DNA of 64,000 nucleotides from Pelagibacteraceae bacterium AG-422-B15 (GTDB taxonomy: Bacteria; Pseudomonadota; Alphaproteobacteria; Pelagibacterales; AG-422-B15): assembly GCA_905182345.1 (NCBI GenBank), contig CAJJBG010000002.1, positions 30,345-94,344 on the forward strand, in the 5' to 3' direction. The notes under the pieces were generated by a model. That model did no database searches and had not been told where the DNA came from. It worked only from the letters and a program-made list of their open reading frames with translations. Numbering within the stretch: position 1 is the stretch's first letter; the number at the start of each line of letters is the position of its first letter. The position numbers were made by a program, and so were the translations under genes. Below are positions 10,651 through 21,244 of the stretch, in pieces.

Positions 10651-10656
10651 AGATCA

Positions 10657-11352
10657 ATGATATTAAGTAAAAAAACTCCCCAATTTAATCACATTGCAAT
10701 TATCATGGATGGTAATGGTAGGTGGGCTAAAAAACACTCCTTGTCAAAAAAAGAAGGCCATAAAGCTGGGATTGAAAATGCTATAGATTTAATTAAAAAA
10801 ACTTCAAATCAAAATTTAACAAAAAACCTAACACTATATGTTTTTTCTACCGAAAATTGGTTAAGGCCGTTATCTGAAGTAAGGGCTTTGTTTGAATTAA
10901 TTGAAAGCACATATAAAGCTTTTCAAAATCTTGCATTAATTGAAAACATTTCTATTAATCATTTAGGTAGAACTAAAAAAATACCAAAAAAAACACTTGG
11001 TATAATTAATGAAACAATAAAAATTACAAATAATAATAATGGTTTAATTTTAAATTTAGCATTTAATTATGGTGGTAGATCAGAAATTATTGACGCTATA
11101 AATAAACAAAAAAAAATAAAATCTGAAATAAGTGAAAAGAACTTTTCTAAATTATTTTACAACCCCAAATTACCTGATCCAGAAATTATTATAAGAACAG
11201 GTGGTGACATAAGGCTTAGTAACTTTCTATTATGGCAGTCAGCATACTCAGAATTATTCTTTGTAAAAACACTCTGGCCAGATTTTAAAATATTTAATCT
11301 GCATAAAATTATAAATGCCTTTAATATAAGGAAAAGAAATTTTGGAAAATGA
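10657..11352 (+). CDS. uppS: di-trans,poly-cis-undecaprenyl-diphosphate synthase
   Basis: 231 aa. Motifs HIAIIMDGNGRWA, FSTENW and IRTGG..RLSNFLLWQ..YSE are present. Confidence 0.93.
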   Translation: MILSKKTPQFNHIAIIMDGNGRWAKKHSLSKKEGHKAGIENAIDLIKKTSNQNLTKNLTLYVFSTENWLRPLSEVRALFELIESTYKAFQNLALIENISINHLGRTKKIPKKTLGIINETIKITNNNNGLILNLAFNYGGRSEIIDAINKQKKIKSEISEKNFSKLFYNPKLPDPEIIIRTGGDIRLSNFLLWQSAYSELFFVKTLWPDFKIFNLHKIINAFNIRKRNFGK

Positions 11353-12035
11353 TTAGACTGATGAAAATTTTTTTTGACAGAAATTTGTTTTTACGAATTT
11401 TTTCAGGAATTTTATTCGTAGCATGTTTTATTATTTTTATTCATTATGGTGGGATTTTATTTATTTTATTTTTTCTTCTTTTGTTATCCTTGATGATTTT
11501 AGAAATTAATATTTCTTTCAAGGTATCAGACAAGTATTATTTAAATTTTATTATTAATATTTTAATTGTTATTTCTATTTTTCATTTTATCTTTTTAAGA
11601 ATTATTTATGGAGTAAATATTATTAACTATTTATATTATATAATTGCATCAATATGGATTTTTGACAGCTTCAGCTTAATTGGAGGAAAACTTATAGGTG
11701 GTAAAAAACTAATCCCAAAAATCAGTCCAAATAAAACTTATAGTGGCTTAATAACTGGTTTTATAGCCCTGTTATTCATTTCATTTATTACATTAGAATA
11801 TAATAGCATGTTTGATTATACGATTATTTTTTATACTTTTTGTATAGGTGTTTTTGCATTTTTAGGTGATGCCTTGGAATCATATTTAAAGCGAAAGTTT
11901 AATATAAAAGACATGAGCAATCTTTTGCCAGGTCACGGTGGCATACTAGATAGGATGGATGCATTTATATTTATATTTTTCATTCATTTTATTATCACAC
12001 TTTTAAACATAAATTTAATATCACTATATGCCTAA
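11349..12035 (+). CDS. cdsA: phosphatidate cytidylyltransferase
   Basis: 228 aa polytopic membrane protein with C-terminal motifs SPNKTYSG and KD.S...PGHGGILDR.D. It has an ATGA overlap with uppS. Confidence 0.88.
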   Translation: MIRLMKIFFDRNLFLRIFSGILFVACFIIFIHYGGILFILFFLLLLSLMILEINISFKVSDKYYLNFIINILIVISIFHFIFLRIIYGVNIINYLYYIIASIWIFDSFSLIGGKLIGGKKLIPKISPNKTYSGLITGFIALLFISFITLEYNSMFDYTIIFYTFCIGVFAFLGDALESYLKRKFNIKDMSNLLPGHGGILDRMDAFIFIFFIHFIITLLNINLISLYA

Positions 12036-13206
12036 GAAAAATATTATAATATATGGAGCAACTGGATCTATAGGGGATTCTACGTTGGAATTAATCAGAA
12101 ATAATTTAGATGATTTTAACATCATCGGATTAACTTGTAATAATAATATTGAAAAATTAAAATTACTAGCTGCTGAGTTTAATTGTAAAAATATTGGTAT
12201 TGCAGATACAGATTCAATAAATAAATATCGAAATACTTTAATTAATTTTGAGTTATATGAAGGCATAAATGAATTTCACAATATGATTACAGAACAAGCT
12301 GTTGATATAATAATATTTGCAATAGCAGGCTCAGATGCGTTGAACTTATCATTAAATCTTGCCGAATCTGGAAAGGTCCTTGGCCTTGCAAATAAAGAAT
12401 GCATTGTTTGTGCGGGAAAATTATTTATGGATAAGATTAAAAGTTCTTCAACAAAACTTATTCCTTTAGATTCAGAACATAATGCAATCTATCAACTTTG
12501 TTATGGTAAAAATACTAGCTCTATAAATAATTATATAATAACTGCTAGTGGAGGTCATTTTTATAATTATACTGAAACCGAATTAAGAAAAATTACTCCC
12601 CAAAAAGCTGTTACCCATCCACAGTGGTCGATGGGAGAAAAAATTTCAGTTGATTCATCTACGCTAATGAATAAAGGGCTAGAAATTATTGAAGCTTGTA
12701 ATCTTTTTGACTTTAATGAAGATAAGATTGATGCACTAATTCATCCTGAATCAATAATACATGGAATAATTAATTTTAAGGATAACTCATCACATGCATT
12801 CTTAAGCGCACCTAATATGCAAATTTCTATCTCAAGTATACTTTTTCCAAACAATGATGTCAGATCGAATAATTTTGATTTGGATTTAAAGAAAATTAGT
12901 ACACTAAATTTTTATGAAATTGATGAGTTAAAATTTAGAGCGATTAATTTAGCAAAATCTGCACTTAAACATGGAGGCTTAATGCCTTCAGTATTAAATT
13001 ATTCAAATGAATTAATGGTAAATCAATTTATCGAATATAAAATTTGCTTCACTGAAATTGTAATAAATTCTGAGATAGTTATGGAAAAATTTTTATCTGA
13101 TGGGAATAATATACTGAATCCTACTATTTCTAATATCTTTGAATCATTTGGGATTGTTAAGGACTATATTGATAATGCCAATATTTTTAAAATATTTAGT
13201 AGATGA
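12028..13206 (+). CDS. dxr: 1-deoxy-D-xylulose 5-phosphate reductoisomerase
   Basis: 392 aa. Motifs IYGATGSIGDSTLE, LANKE, IPLDSEHNAI and HPQWSMG.KISVDS.T..NKGLE are present. Confidence 0.93.
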   Translation: MPKKNIIIYGATGSIGDSTLELIRNNLDDFNIIGLTCNNNIEKLKLLAAEFNCKNIGIADTDSINKYRNTLINFELYEGINEFHNMITEQAVDIIIFAIAGSDALNLSLNLAESGKVLGLANKECIVCAGKLFMDKIKSSSTKLIPLDSEHNAIYQLCYGKNTSSINNYIITASGGHFYNYTETELRKITPQKAVTHPQWSMGEKISVDSSTLMNKGLEIIEACNLFDFNEDKIDALIHPESIIHGIINFKDNSSHAFLSAPNMQISISSILFPNNDVRSNNFDLDLKKISTLNFYEIDELKFRAINLAKSALKHGGLMPSVLNYSNELMVNQFIEYKICFTEIVINSEIVMEKFLSDGNNILNPTISNIFESFGIVKDYIDNANIFKIFSR

Positions 13207-13236
13207 TTAAAATAGAAAAAATATGTATAAATAGTT

Positions 13237-15480
13237 ATGATTAAGTTATTTAAATTTTTAATTTTATTTATATCATTTTGTAATTTTGCATTTGCTGAAA
13301 ATGAAAACAATACTATTCAAGACATTAAATTTAATGGCCTTCAAAGAATAAGTGTAGAAACTAGTCTTTCATACTTAAATATAAGCATTGGTTCAGTTTA
13401 TAGTGATAGTTTGAGCAATGATGCTATTAAAAACCTTTATAGTACTCAGCTTTTTTCAGATGTGCGATCATCCTATGATAAGAATATACTAACTATAACA
13501 CTAAAAGAAAACCCTACAATTAATTTGGTTCTCTTTGAGGGAAATAAAAGTAAAAAAGATGAAGACTTAATAAGTGAAATAAAACTAACCGAGCGATCAG
13601 TTTTTTCTAGAAGTAAAGTTAAGGATGACGTAAAACGTCTCTTAGAGTTGTATCAAAGATCTGGTAGACTTTCTGCTCAAATAGATCCCTCTGTTGAACT
13701 ATTGGATAACAATAGAATTAATTTAATATTTAAGATTGATGAAGCCGATGTTCTTAAGGTTTCAAAAATATCTATTATTGGTAATGAAGTTTTTACGGAT
13801 ACTGAAATTAGAAGAATTATGTCAACCAAAAGATCATCTCTCTTGAAATTTTGGAGCTCTGATAATACTTACGATCCAGATAGAATTGAATATGACAAGG
13901 AGCTAATTAAATCATTTTATAATGAAAACGGTTTTGTAAATTTTACTTTTACATCCTCACTGTCTCAGTTGGTTAAAAATAAATTTGAAATTATATTTTC
14001 TGTATCTGAGGGTGAGCAATTTAACTTTGGTAATATAGATGTAGTTACTAAACTTAAAAAACTTGATGCAGATGTTATTAAAGATTTATTATCAAATAAT
14101 ATCGGTAAGACTTTTAATAGTGAGGTAGTGAAAGAGGGGACTGACTATATAAAAGATGCAGCAGCAGCCTTTGGGTTTACCTTTATTGAAATTGATCCAA
14201 AAATGACTATTAACAATAAAACAAAAACTGTTGATATTATATTTAGTATAAATGAAGGTCCCAAAGTCTATGTTAATAGAATTAATATCAATGGAAATAC
14301 CAGAACAACCGATAAAGTTATCAGAAGAACTTTTAACTTTAGTGAAGGCGATGCTTACAACAAATATTCTATAGATGCAGCAAAAAATAAAATCCAATCC
14401 CTTCAATTTTTCTCCAAAGTTGATATCAAAGAAGTTAGAACTGAGGATGACGATAGATTAGATTTAAATGTTAATGTGGAAGAAAAAAGTACTGGCAGCG
14501 CTAGTTTAGGTGCCGGATATGGTGATACAAATGGTAGTACATTAACAGCAGGACTTACTGAGAATAACTTTCTAGGAAAAGGGCAAAAAGCAAAACTTCA
14601 AGCTAGCTTTTCATCAACATCAACATTATACGACATATCATTTACAGAACCTTACTTTAATAATAAAAATTTATCTGTTAGAACAGATTTTTATAGTAAG
14701 CTCGATGATCTTGATAATGTGAAATATGAAACTTCTACGATTGGTTTTGGTTTATCAGTAGCGTTTCCATTGTCACCAGCTAATCGTATTACAACAAAAT
14801 ATTCATTATTAACAACTGATACTAAAGCCGATAGTGACGCAACCACTTATGAAACACTACTCTCTGGTACAAACACTGTTTCTATTATTGGGTATAACTT
14901 AAGTATAGATAATAGAAACTCCCCATACAAGCCATCTAGCGGCTCTATATTTACAATTGATCAAGATTTAGCTGGAGTTGGTGGTACCTCAAATTACTTA
15001 AAAAATCTAATTACCTATAAAAAGTATGTACCCATCATGAAAACACTAACAGCTGCAATTAAGACTGAATTTGGATCAATAAATGGATATAGTGGTAAAT
15101 ATGCTCCAGTTGATGCAATGTTTAATATTGGTGGTAAAAAATTAAGAGGCTTTAAATATGGTAAAGTTGGTCCTTTATACGGCACCTCTTTTACTGGGGG
15201 GAGCTATTATTATGTGATATCTACTGAAACAAATTTTGATTTACCAATTGAAGAATATGATATATCTAGTTCAGTGTTTTTAGACATTGGAAGTGTATGG
15301 GGTTTAGATAATAGATATGGTTCAATTGATGATCAACATAAAGTAAGATCCTCAATTGGAATTAATTTAAATTGGGATAGTGCAATTGGTCCAATAAATT
15401 TTGTCTTAGCTGAGCCAATAACTAACGAGTCTACAGACGTAACAGATAAATTTTCTTTTGATATAGGATACAACTTTTAA
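13237..15480 (+). CDS. bamA: outer membrane protein assembly factor BamA
   Basis: 747 aa with a signal peptide, POTRA repeats (I..I.F.GL.RIS...), a C-terminal Omp85 barrel and a terminal F. Confidence 0.92.
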   Translation: MIKLFKFLILFISFCNFAFAENENNTIQDIKFNGLQRISVETSLSYLNISIGSVYSDSLSNDAIKNLYSTQLFSDVRSSYDKNILTITLKENPTINLVLFEGNKSKKDEDLISEIKLTERSVFSRSKVKDDVKRLLELYQRSGRLSAQIDPSVELLDNNRINLIFKIDEADVLKVSKISIIGNEVFTDTEIRRIMSTKRSSLLKFWSSDNTYDPDRIEYDKELIKSFYNENGFVNFTFTSSLSQLVKNKFEIIFSVSEGEQFNFGNIDVVTKLKKLDADVIKDLLSNNIGKTFNSEVVKEGTDYIKDAAAAFGFTFIEIDPKMTINNKTKTVDIIFSINEGPKVYVNRININGNTRTTDKVIRRTFNFSEGDAYNKYSIDAAKNKIQSLQFFSKVDIKEVRTEDDDRLDLNVNVEEKSTGSASLGAGYGDTNGSTLTAGLTENNFLGKGQKAKLQASFSSTSTLYDISFTEPYFNNKNLSVRTDFYSKLDDLDNVKYETSTIGFGLSVAFPLSPANRITTKYSLLTTDTKADSDATTYETLLSGTNTVSIIGYNLSIDNRNSPYKPSSGSIFTIDQDLAGVGGTSNYLKNLITYKKYVPIMKTLTAAIKTEFGSINGYSGKYAPVDAMFNIGGKKLRGFKYGKVGPLYGTSFTGGSYYYVISTETNFDLPIEEYDISSSVFLDIGSVWGLDNRYGSIDDQHKVRSSIGINLNWDSAIGPINFVLAEPITNESTDVTDKFSFDIGYNF

Positions 15481-16034
15481 TGATTAAATATAAAAAAATA
15501 ATAACCACCCTTATAATATCTTTTGCTATTTCCATATGTAATTTTAGTTTTGCAGAGACTTCATACCCTAACACTTCTATTGCAATCATTGATTTGAACT
15601 TAATCTTGACTGATTCTAAGGCTGCTAAAAGTGCAACCAAACAATTTGAAGAAATCCAAAAAGAAACAGAAGCAGAAGTAATTAAATCTGATAAAAATAT
15701 GTTAGAAGAGCGGAATAAATTGATTGAACAACAAAGTGTTATTGCACCTGAGGCATTTGAGTTAAAGGCTAAAGACTACGAAAAAAAACTACAGGCATAT
15801 CAAGTTGAGAAACAAAAAAAACTAGGTAAGCTTGAAGGAGCACTACAGAAAGCAAGAAATGAAATTCTTGAATATGTTAAGCCAATACTTGAAACCTTAA
15901 GTCAAGAAATGGGTGTAACTGTTATATTGGAAAAAAATTCAGTTTTATTAAGTGCCAATAATATGGATCTTACTGAAGATGTAATTAAGTTACTCAATAA
16001 AGAGTTACCAAAATTAAAGGTTACATTAGATTAA
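15480..16034 (+). CDS. skp: periplasmic chaperone Skp/OmpH family
   Basis: 184 aa with a signal peptide and a coiled-coil-rich body. It has a TAATG overlap with bamA and the conserved position before lpxD. Confidence 0.8.
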   Translation: MIKYKKIITTLIISFAISICNFSFAETSYPNTSIAIIDLNLILTDSKAAKSATKQFEEIQKETEAEVIKSDKNMLEERNKLIEQQSVIAPEAFELKAKDYEKKLQAYQVEKQKKLGKLEGALQKARNEILEYVKPILETLSQEMGVTVILEKNSVLLSANNMDLTEDVIKLLNKELPKLKVTLD

Positions 16035-16045
16035 TTTTAATCTAA

Positions 16046-17020
16046 ATGATTTTTTTTAACGCAAAATCAAAAATTACTTTTAAAGATGTCCTTAATTGCA
16101 TTGATATGAACTTCAATGATTCAAATTGTAATTTTGAATTTGAAAATTTTATTAGAGCAGATCTAGCTGGGTCCAATGATTTAACTTTTTATTCTGATAC
16201 TAAATATGCCTGTAACACTAACTCAAAATATATACTTACTAGTAAAAATCTTTCTAAGAAGATTGATGATAATAAAATAACTATAATCTCTAATAATATT
16301 AGTCTTGATATAGCAAAGTTATCAAACTTATTTTATAAAGACTTATCACTTGATCAGATTCAAAAACTTAAGAAGCCTGTTATTGGAGATAATTCAATTA
16401 TTTCAAAATTTTCCATTATAGAAAATGGTACGGTAGTTGGAAGGGATTTTAATATTTCTGATTTTTCTTCTGTTGGTTACAATTGCTCTATTGGAGATCG
16501 TGTCTCAATTGGAAAAAATGTTTCTATATCAAATGCGATAATTGGTGATGACGTAGTAATTGGAAATGGCAGTAAGATTGGTCAGCCTGGCTTTGGTTTT
16601 GGAGTTGATACCGAGACATATAATCCTACTAAAATATTTCATATAGGCCGTGTGATTATCCAAAATGGAGTAAATATTAATTGCAATTGTACGGTTGATA
16701 GAGGTAGCTTTAAAGATACTATAATTGGTGAGTACACTCACATAGATAACCTTGTACACATTGCTCACAATGTGGAAATAGGTCATCACTGCATGATTGC
16801 AGGACAGGTAGGTATAGCAGGTAGCGCTTTAATTGGTAATTATGTTCAAATAGGAGGGCAGGCGGGTATATCAGGCCATATTATAGTTAATGACAATGTA
16901 AAGATAGCTGCTAAATCTGGTGTTATTCGTGATGTAATTGAAGGCGATACATTGATGGGATATCCTGCCATCAATATTAAAAAATATTTAAGAAATCACA
17001 ATAAGATTATGGGTAGTTGA
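16046..17020 (+). CDS. lpxD: UDP-3-O-acylglucosamine N-acyltransferase
   Basis: 324 aa with left-handed beta-helix hexapeptide repeats (IGD.V.IG.N..I) and the HIAHNVEIG motif. Confidence 0.9.
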   Translation: MIFFNAKSKITFKDVLNCIDMNFNDSNCNFEFENFIRADLAGSNDLTFYSDTKYACNTNSKYILTSKNLSKKIDDNKITIISNNISLDIAKLSNLFYKDLSLDQIQKLKKPVIGDNSIISKFSIIENGTVVGRDFNISDFSSVGYNCSIGDRVSIGKNVSISNAIIGDDVVIGNGSKIGQPGFGFGVDTETYNPTKIFHIGRVIIQNGVNINCNCTVDRGSFKDTIIGEYTHIDNLVHIAHNVEIGHHCMIAGQVGIAGSALIGNYVQIGGQAGISGHIIVNDNVKIAAKSGVIRDVIEGDTLMGYPAINIKKYLRNHNKIMGS

Positions 17021-17022
17021 CT

Positions 17023-17472
17023 ATGAAAGATGAAATTTTATTAGATGAGATTAAAGAACTAATACCACATAGAGACCCTTTTTTATTTTTAGATAAATTA
17101 TTTAATATTGAAAAATTAACTAGTGCTACTGGTTATAAAATATTTGATAGAAATGAATCTTTTTTTAAAGGCCATTTTCCTGAAAAAGCAGTTGTTCCTG
17201 GTGTCATACTTATAGAGATGATGGCACAGACTGCAGCTGCATTGATTGCTTATAGTATAAAGGAAGAAACTTTTGATAAGATTGTTTACCTAATGAATAT
17301 AGGTGAGACAAAATTTAGGAAGCCAGTTTTCCCTGAAGACGAAGTCTTTGCTTATGTTAAAGCCACAAGATCAAGAGGTCGAGTTTGGAAGTTTATGGGT
17401 ATAGCAAAAGATAAAGATCAAAATATTATTGCAGAATCTACTTGGAGTGCAACTATTATGGATAAAGATTAA
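17023..17472 (+). CDS. fabZ: 3-hydroxyacyl-ACP dehydratase FabZ
   Basis: Motifs LIPHRDPFLFLD, GHFP..AVVPGVLIIE.MAQ are present. The ATG at 17023 is preferred over the TTG at 17017 given in the ORF track. Confidence 0.92.
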   Translation: MKDEILLDEIKELIPHRDPFLFLDKLFNIEKLTSATGYKIFDRNESFFKGHFPEKAVVPGVILIEMMAQTAAALIAYSIKEETFDKIVYLMNIGETKFRKPVFPEDEVFAYVKATRSRGRVWKFMGIAKDKDQNIIAESTWSATIMDKD

Positions 17473-18248
17473 TGAACATGATTCATAAAACAGCTATAAT
17501 AGGTTCCGATGTAATAATAGGGGATAACGTCAGAATTGGGCCTTATGCTGTCATCGATGGTAAGGTAAAAATCTCTAATAATAATAATATTATGTCATCA
17601 GTCTATATGACTGGAAATACAGAAATTGGTGAAAACAATTTATTTCATCCGTTTTGTTCCATTGGATCACCTCCACAAGATTTAAAATTTAATAATGAAA
17701 TAACAAAACTTGAAATTGGAAAAAATAATATTTTTAGAGAATATAGTACAGTTAATTTAGGTACAGTTGGTGGTGGTGGTGTGACTAAAATTGCTGATAA
17801 CTCACTCTTTATGATAGGTGCTCATGTTGCCCATGATTGTTTAGTTGGAAATAATGTTATAATGGCAAATCAAGCAACAATTGCTGGTCATGTAATAGTT
17901 GATGATAACGCTATACTTGGTGGTCTGTCTGCAGTACATCAATTTGTTAGAATTGGCTCTTTTTCAATGATTGGTGGCATGAGCGCTGTTGAGTATGATG
18001 TTGTTCCTTTTGGCCTTGTAACAGGCAATAGAGCTCATTTGATGGGCATTAATATAATAGGGTTAAGAAGAGCTAAATATAGTAATGAAATTATAAGAGA
18101 ATTTAAGGCAGCCTTTGACTCAATATTTAATTCTAATGAAATTAAAACAGAATCGTTAAAATTTAATGAAAATTCTAACGTACTAATAGTCGAGCTAATT
18201 AAATTTATACAAAGCGATAGTATGCGTGGAATGTGTAGTTTTAAATGA
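17472..18248 (+). CDS. lpxA: acyl-ACP--UDP-N-acetylglucosamine O-acyltransferase
   Basis: 258 aa with hexapeptide repeats, VAHDC.VGN, and a C-terminal helical domain (GLRR). Confidence 0.92.
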   Translation: MNMIHKTAIIGSDVIIGDNVRIGPYAVIDGKVKISNNNNIMSSVYMTGNTEIGENNLFHPFCSIGSPPQDLKFNNEITKLEIGKNNIFREYSTVNLGTVGGGGVTKIADNSLFMIGAHVAHDCLVGNNVIMANQATIAGHVIVDDNAILGGLSAVHQFVRIGSFSMIGGMSAVEYDVVPFGLVTGNRAHLMGINIIGLRRAKYSNEIIREFKAAFDSIFNSNEIKTESLKFNENSNVLIVELIKFIQSDSMRGMCSFK

Positions 18249-19075
18249 TAAAATTAATTGATAACATGGCAATAATTGGAGGTGATAACGAACTTCCGCT
18301 TCTTGCTTACAAGGCTTTAAAAAAAAAATATAAAAACTCTGTTTATATAAATTTATCATTTAAAAATAAAAAATATCTTAAAGCTAAGTCTTCATACAAT
18401 TTAAAAATATTTGAATTAGAAAAATGTATTAGACTACTAAATGATCACCATGTAAAAAGAATATGTTTTTTAGGTACTGTAAGTAGACCAAATTTTAACA
18501 AGCTTAAGTTGGATCGTGTTTTAAAAAAATATATAAATGAAATAATTTTATCATCAAAAAAAGGCGATGGATTTATATTAGATTCTATTATTAATATTTT
18601 TAGAAAAGAAGGATTTGAAATTTTTTCTTTTATAGATATTTTTTCTGATGAGTTTCTATTAGACAGCGAGCATTTAAAACCTTCAAATATTGATTTAAAA
18701 GATATTGATAAGGGTAGAAAAATTTTAGATTCTTTAAGTGACTTTGACAATGCTCAGGCCTGTGTTGTGTCAAATGGATATGTTTTAGCAATTGAAGCTG
18801 CCGAAGGTACAGACAGGATGTTAAATCGATTACCACAAGTTAAAAAGAAGATAGCAAGGTACGATATTGATGAAGGTTGTTTAATTAAATTACCTAAGAT
18901 AAATCAAAGCTTAAAAATTGATTTACCTACTGTGGGTATCAAAACAATTGAGCTAATGTCCAAATCTAAGTTGATTTTTTTAGCAGTTAATCAAAAGCAA
19001 ACAATTGTTGTTAATAAAGCAGAATTTTATAAAAAGTTAAAAAAAGAAAAAATTGGCCTTAGCTTTATAAGTTGA
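18245..19075 (+). CDS. lpxI: UDP-2,3-diacylglucosamine pyrophosphatase LpxI (DUF1009)
   Basis: 276 aa. Motifs AIIGG...LPLL, AIEAAEGTDRML and DLPTVG are present, in the conserved position after lpxA. Confidence 0.8.
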   Translation: MIKLIDNMAIIGGDNELPLLAYKALKKKYKNSVYINLSFKNKKYLKAKSSYNLKIFELEKCIRLLNDHHVKRICFLGTVSRPNFNKLKLDRVLKKYINEIILSSKKGDGFILDSIINIFRKEGFEIFSFIDIFSDEFLLDSEHLKPSNIDLKDIDKGRKILDSLSDFDNAQACVVSNGYVLAIEAAEGTDRMLNRLPQVKKKIARYDIDEGCLIKLPKINQSLKIDLPTVGIKTIELMSKSKLIFLAVNQKQTIVVNKAEFYKKLKKEKIGLSFIS

Positions 19076-20395
19076 CTATCTTGTGTTTTTAGAAGATCTT
19101 TTCTTACCGTATGTAAGTTTCTTTTTACCTAAATAAAGTTGTCGTGGACGACCAATTTTTTGAACAGGATCTTCAATCATTTCATGCCAATGCGCAGTCC
19201 AACCAGCGGTTCTAGCTATAGCAAATATTACGGTAAACATTTCAGGTGGAAATCCTATAGCTCTTAGAATTATTCCTGAATAAAAGTCTACATTTGGATA
19301 AAGTTTTTTTTCAATGAAATAATCATCTTTTAACGCTATTTTTTCTAACTCCATAGCAACCTCAAGAATAGGGTCATTTTTAAAACCAACATGGTTTAAA
19401 ACTTTTTTACATGTTTCTTTAAGAATTTTAGCTCTTGGGTCGTAGTTTTTGTAAACACGATGACCAAAACCCATTAATCTAAAGGGATCATTTTTATCTT
19501 TGGCTTTTTTTATATACAAAGGTATGTTTCTTTTTACACCAATAGTCTCAAGCATTTCCAAGGCAGCTTGATTGGCACCACCATGAGCAGGCCCCCAAAG
19601 AGAAGCAACTCCAGCAGCTATGCATGCAAATGGATTAGCACCAGATGATCCAGCTAGTCTAACTGTAGATGTAGATGCATTTTGTTCGTGATCAGCATGA
19701 AGTATAAAAATAGTATCCATGGCTTTTGCAAGAATTGGTGATATTTTATATCTTTCAGCAGGAACACTAAAACACATTCTTAAAAAATTTTCCGAATAAT
19801 TGAGTGTATTGTCAGGTTGCACAAAAGGCTGACCAATTGAATATTTGTATGTCATAGCCCCAATTGTTGACGCTTTAGCAATTATACGCCTAGATGCCGT
19901 CATTCTTTGATGTGGGTCATGTATATCCAAAGAATCTTGGTAAAATGCTGATAATGCACCCATAACGCCAACCATCATAGCCATTGGATGTGCATCTCTT
20001 CTAAATCCATTAAAAAATTTCAATATCTGCTCATGTACCATTGTGTGACTAGATATCAATGTGTGATATTTCTTTAATTGGCTTTTATTTGGTAGGTCTC
20101 CATAAATCAAAAGATTTGTTACTTCAATGAAGTTACTATTTTTAGATAAGGCCTCAATATCATACCCGCGATACCTTAAAACTCCCTTATCACCATCAAT
20201 AAATGTAATATTTGATTTGCATGATGCTGTAGATGTAAATCCAGGGTCGTATGTGAAATACCCACTTAGTGAATGTAATTTTGTTATATCAATAACGTCA
20301 TTTCCCTCAGATGCCTTATAAATAGGAAAAGAGTAAGTTTTGTTATTAATACTTAGTTTGGCTACAGAATTATTAGCTGGAGTTTTTTTGATCAT
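19076..20395 (-). CDS. gltA: citrate synthase (type II)
   Basis: Motifs [14 protein letters not shown] and [14 protein letters not shown] are present. The ATG at 20395 is preferred over the TTG at 20401. Confidence 0.96.
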   Translation of the reverse strand: MIKKTPANNSVAKLSINNKTYSFPIYKASEGNDVIDITKLHSLSGYFTYDPGFTSTASCKSNITFIDGDKGVLRYRGYDIEALSKNSNFIEVTNLLIYGDLPNKSQLKKYHTLISSHTMVHEQILKFFNGFRRDAHPMAMMVGVMGALSAFYQDSLDIHDPHQRMTASRRIIAKASTIGAMTYKYSIGQPFVQPDNTLNYSENFLRMCFSVPAERYKISPILAKAMDTIFILHADHEQNASTSTVRLAGSSGANPFACIAAGVASLWGPAHGGANQAALEMLETIGVKRNIPLYIKKAKDKNDPFRLMGFGHRVYKNYDPRAKILKETCKKVLNHVGFKNDPILEVAMELEKIALKDDYFIEKKLYPNVDFYSGIILRAIGFPPEMFTVIFAIARTAGWTAHWHEMIEDPVQKIGRPRQLYLGKKKLTYGKKRSSKNTR

Positions 20396-20461
20396 AAACA
20401 AACTATTAAATAAACGATTTACCTTGAAAATAAAAGGAATTTTATAATAAAAGGTTTAAAA

Positions 20462-21142
20462 TTAGTATTTTCTTAACAAGCCAATAAGCTTACCTTGTAC
20501 TTTTACTCTGTGAGGGGCAAGTATTCTAGTTTCATATGCTGGGTTAGCACTTTCTAGGGCAATACTTTGACCCTTCTTTCGCAATCTTTTAAGAGTTGCC
20601 TCTGAATCATCGACCAATGCTACTATTATGTCACCACTATCGGCATAATTAGTTTTCTTTATTAAAACAGTGTCACCATCAAATATACCTTCATTTACCA
20701 TTGAATCACCCTCAACAGTTAAGGCATAACTTTCACCAATAGGAATCATTTCTTTAGGTACGTCTATTGTTTGATCATTGTGCTGAATGGCCTCAATAGG
20801 TGTTCCAGCTGCAATTTTACCATACAAGGGCAGAGTTGAAACTTTGTGATTAGTTAAAGTGTCATTATTTCCATTAAATTTACCTATAATTAGGTTGTTG
20901 TTATCATGGCTTGAGATATCAATACCTGAAAAACTATCTTTTATAACCTCTAAAGCCCTTGCTTTATGTGCAAGTCTTCTAACAAAACCACGTTCTTCTA
21001 AGGCAATAATTAATCTATGTATGCCAGATTTAGATTTTAGACTTAATGCTTCGCGCATTTCATCATAAGAAGGGGATACACCATTTTTGTTCTGAGATGA
21101 TGAAATATATGTAAGTAATTCTTTTTGTTTTTTTGTTAACAT
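20462..21142 (-). CDS. lexA: LexA repressor
   Basis: 226 aa with an N-terminal wHTH (LTKKQKELL.YI), the long alphaproteobacterial linker, the AAG cleavage region, and the catalytic Ser (GDSM) and Lys (LKRL). Confidence 0.95.
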   Translation of the reverse strand: MLTKKQKELLTYISSSQNKNGVSPSYDEMREALSLKSKSGIHRLIIALEERGFVRRLAHKARALEVIKDSFSGIDISSHDNNNLIIGKFNGNNDTLTNHKVSTLPLYGKIAAGTPIEAIQHNDQTIDVPKEMIPIGESYALTVEGDSMVNEGIFDGDTVLIKKTNYADSGDIIVALVDDSEATLKRLRKKGQSIALESANPAYETRILAPHRVKVQGKLIGLLRKY

Positions 21143-21157
21143 AAGCTTTAATAATTG

Positions 21158-21181
21158 GTTCTATTTGTTCTACCAATGTTC
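21158..21181. promoter_or_regulatory. LexA operator (alphaproteobacterial SOS box, GTTC direct repeats)
   Basis: The + strand reads GTTC-tattt-GTTC-taccaat-GTTC. GTTC-N7-GTTC at 21167-21181 matches the published alphaproteobacterial LexA box (GAAC-N7-GAAC on the lexA strand). It lies 25-39 nt upstream of the lexA ATG. Confidence 0.65.
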
Positions 21182-21244
21182 GCTAAATGTTTCAATATAT
21201 ATTAATATAATAAAAACAAAGGTTTAGTTATATTCAATGAGTCC

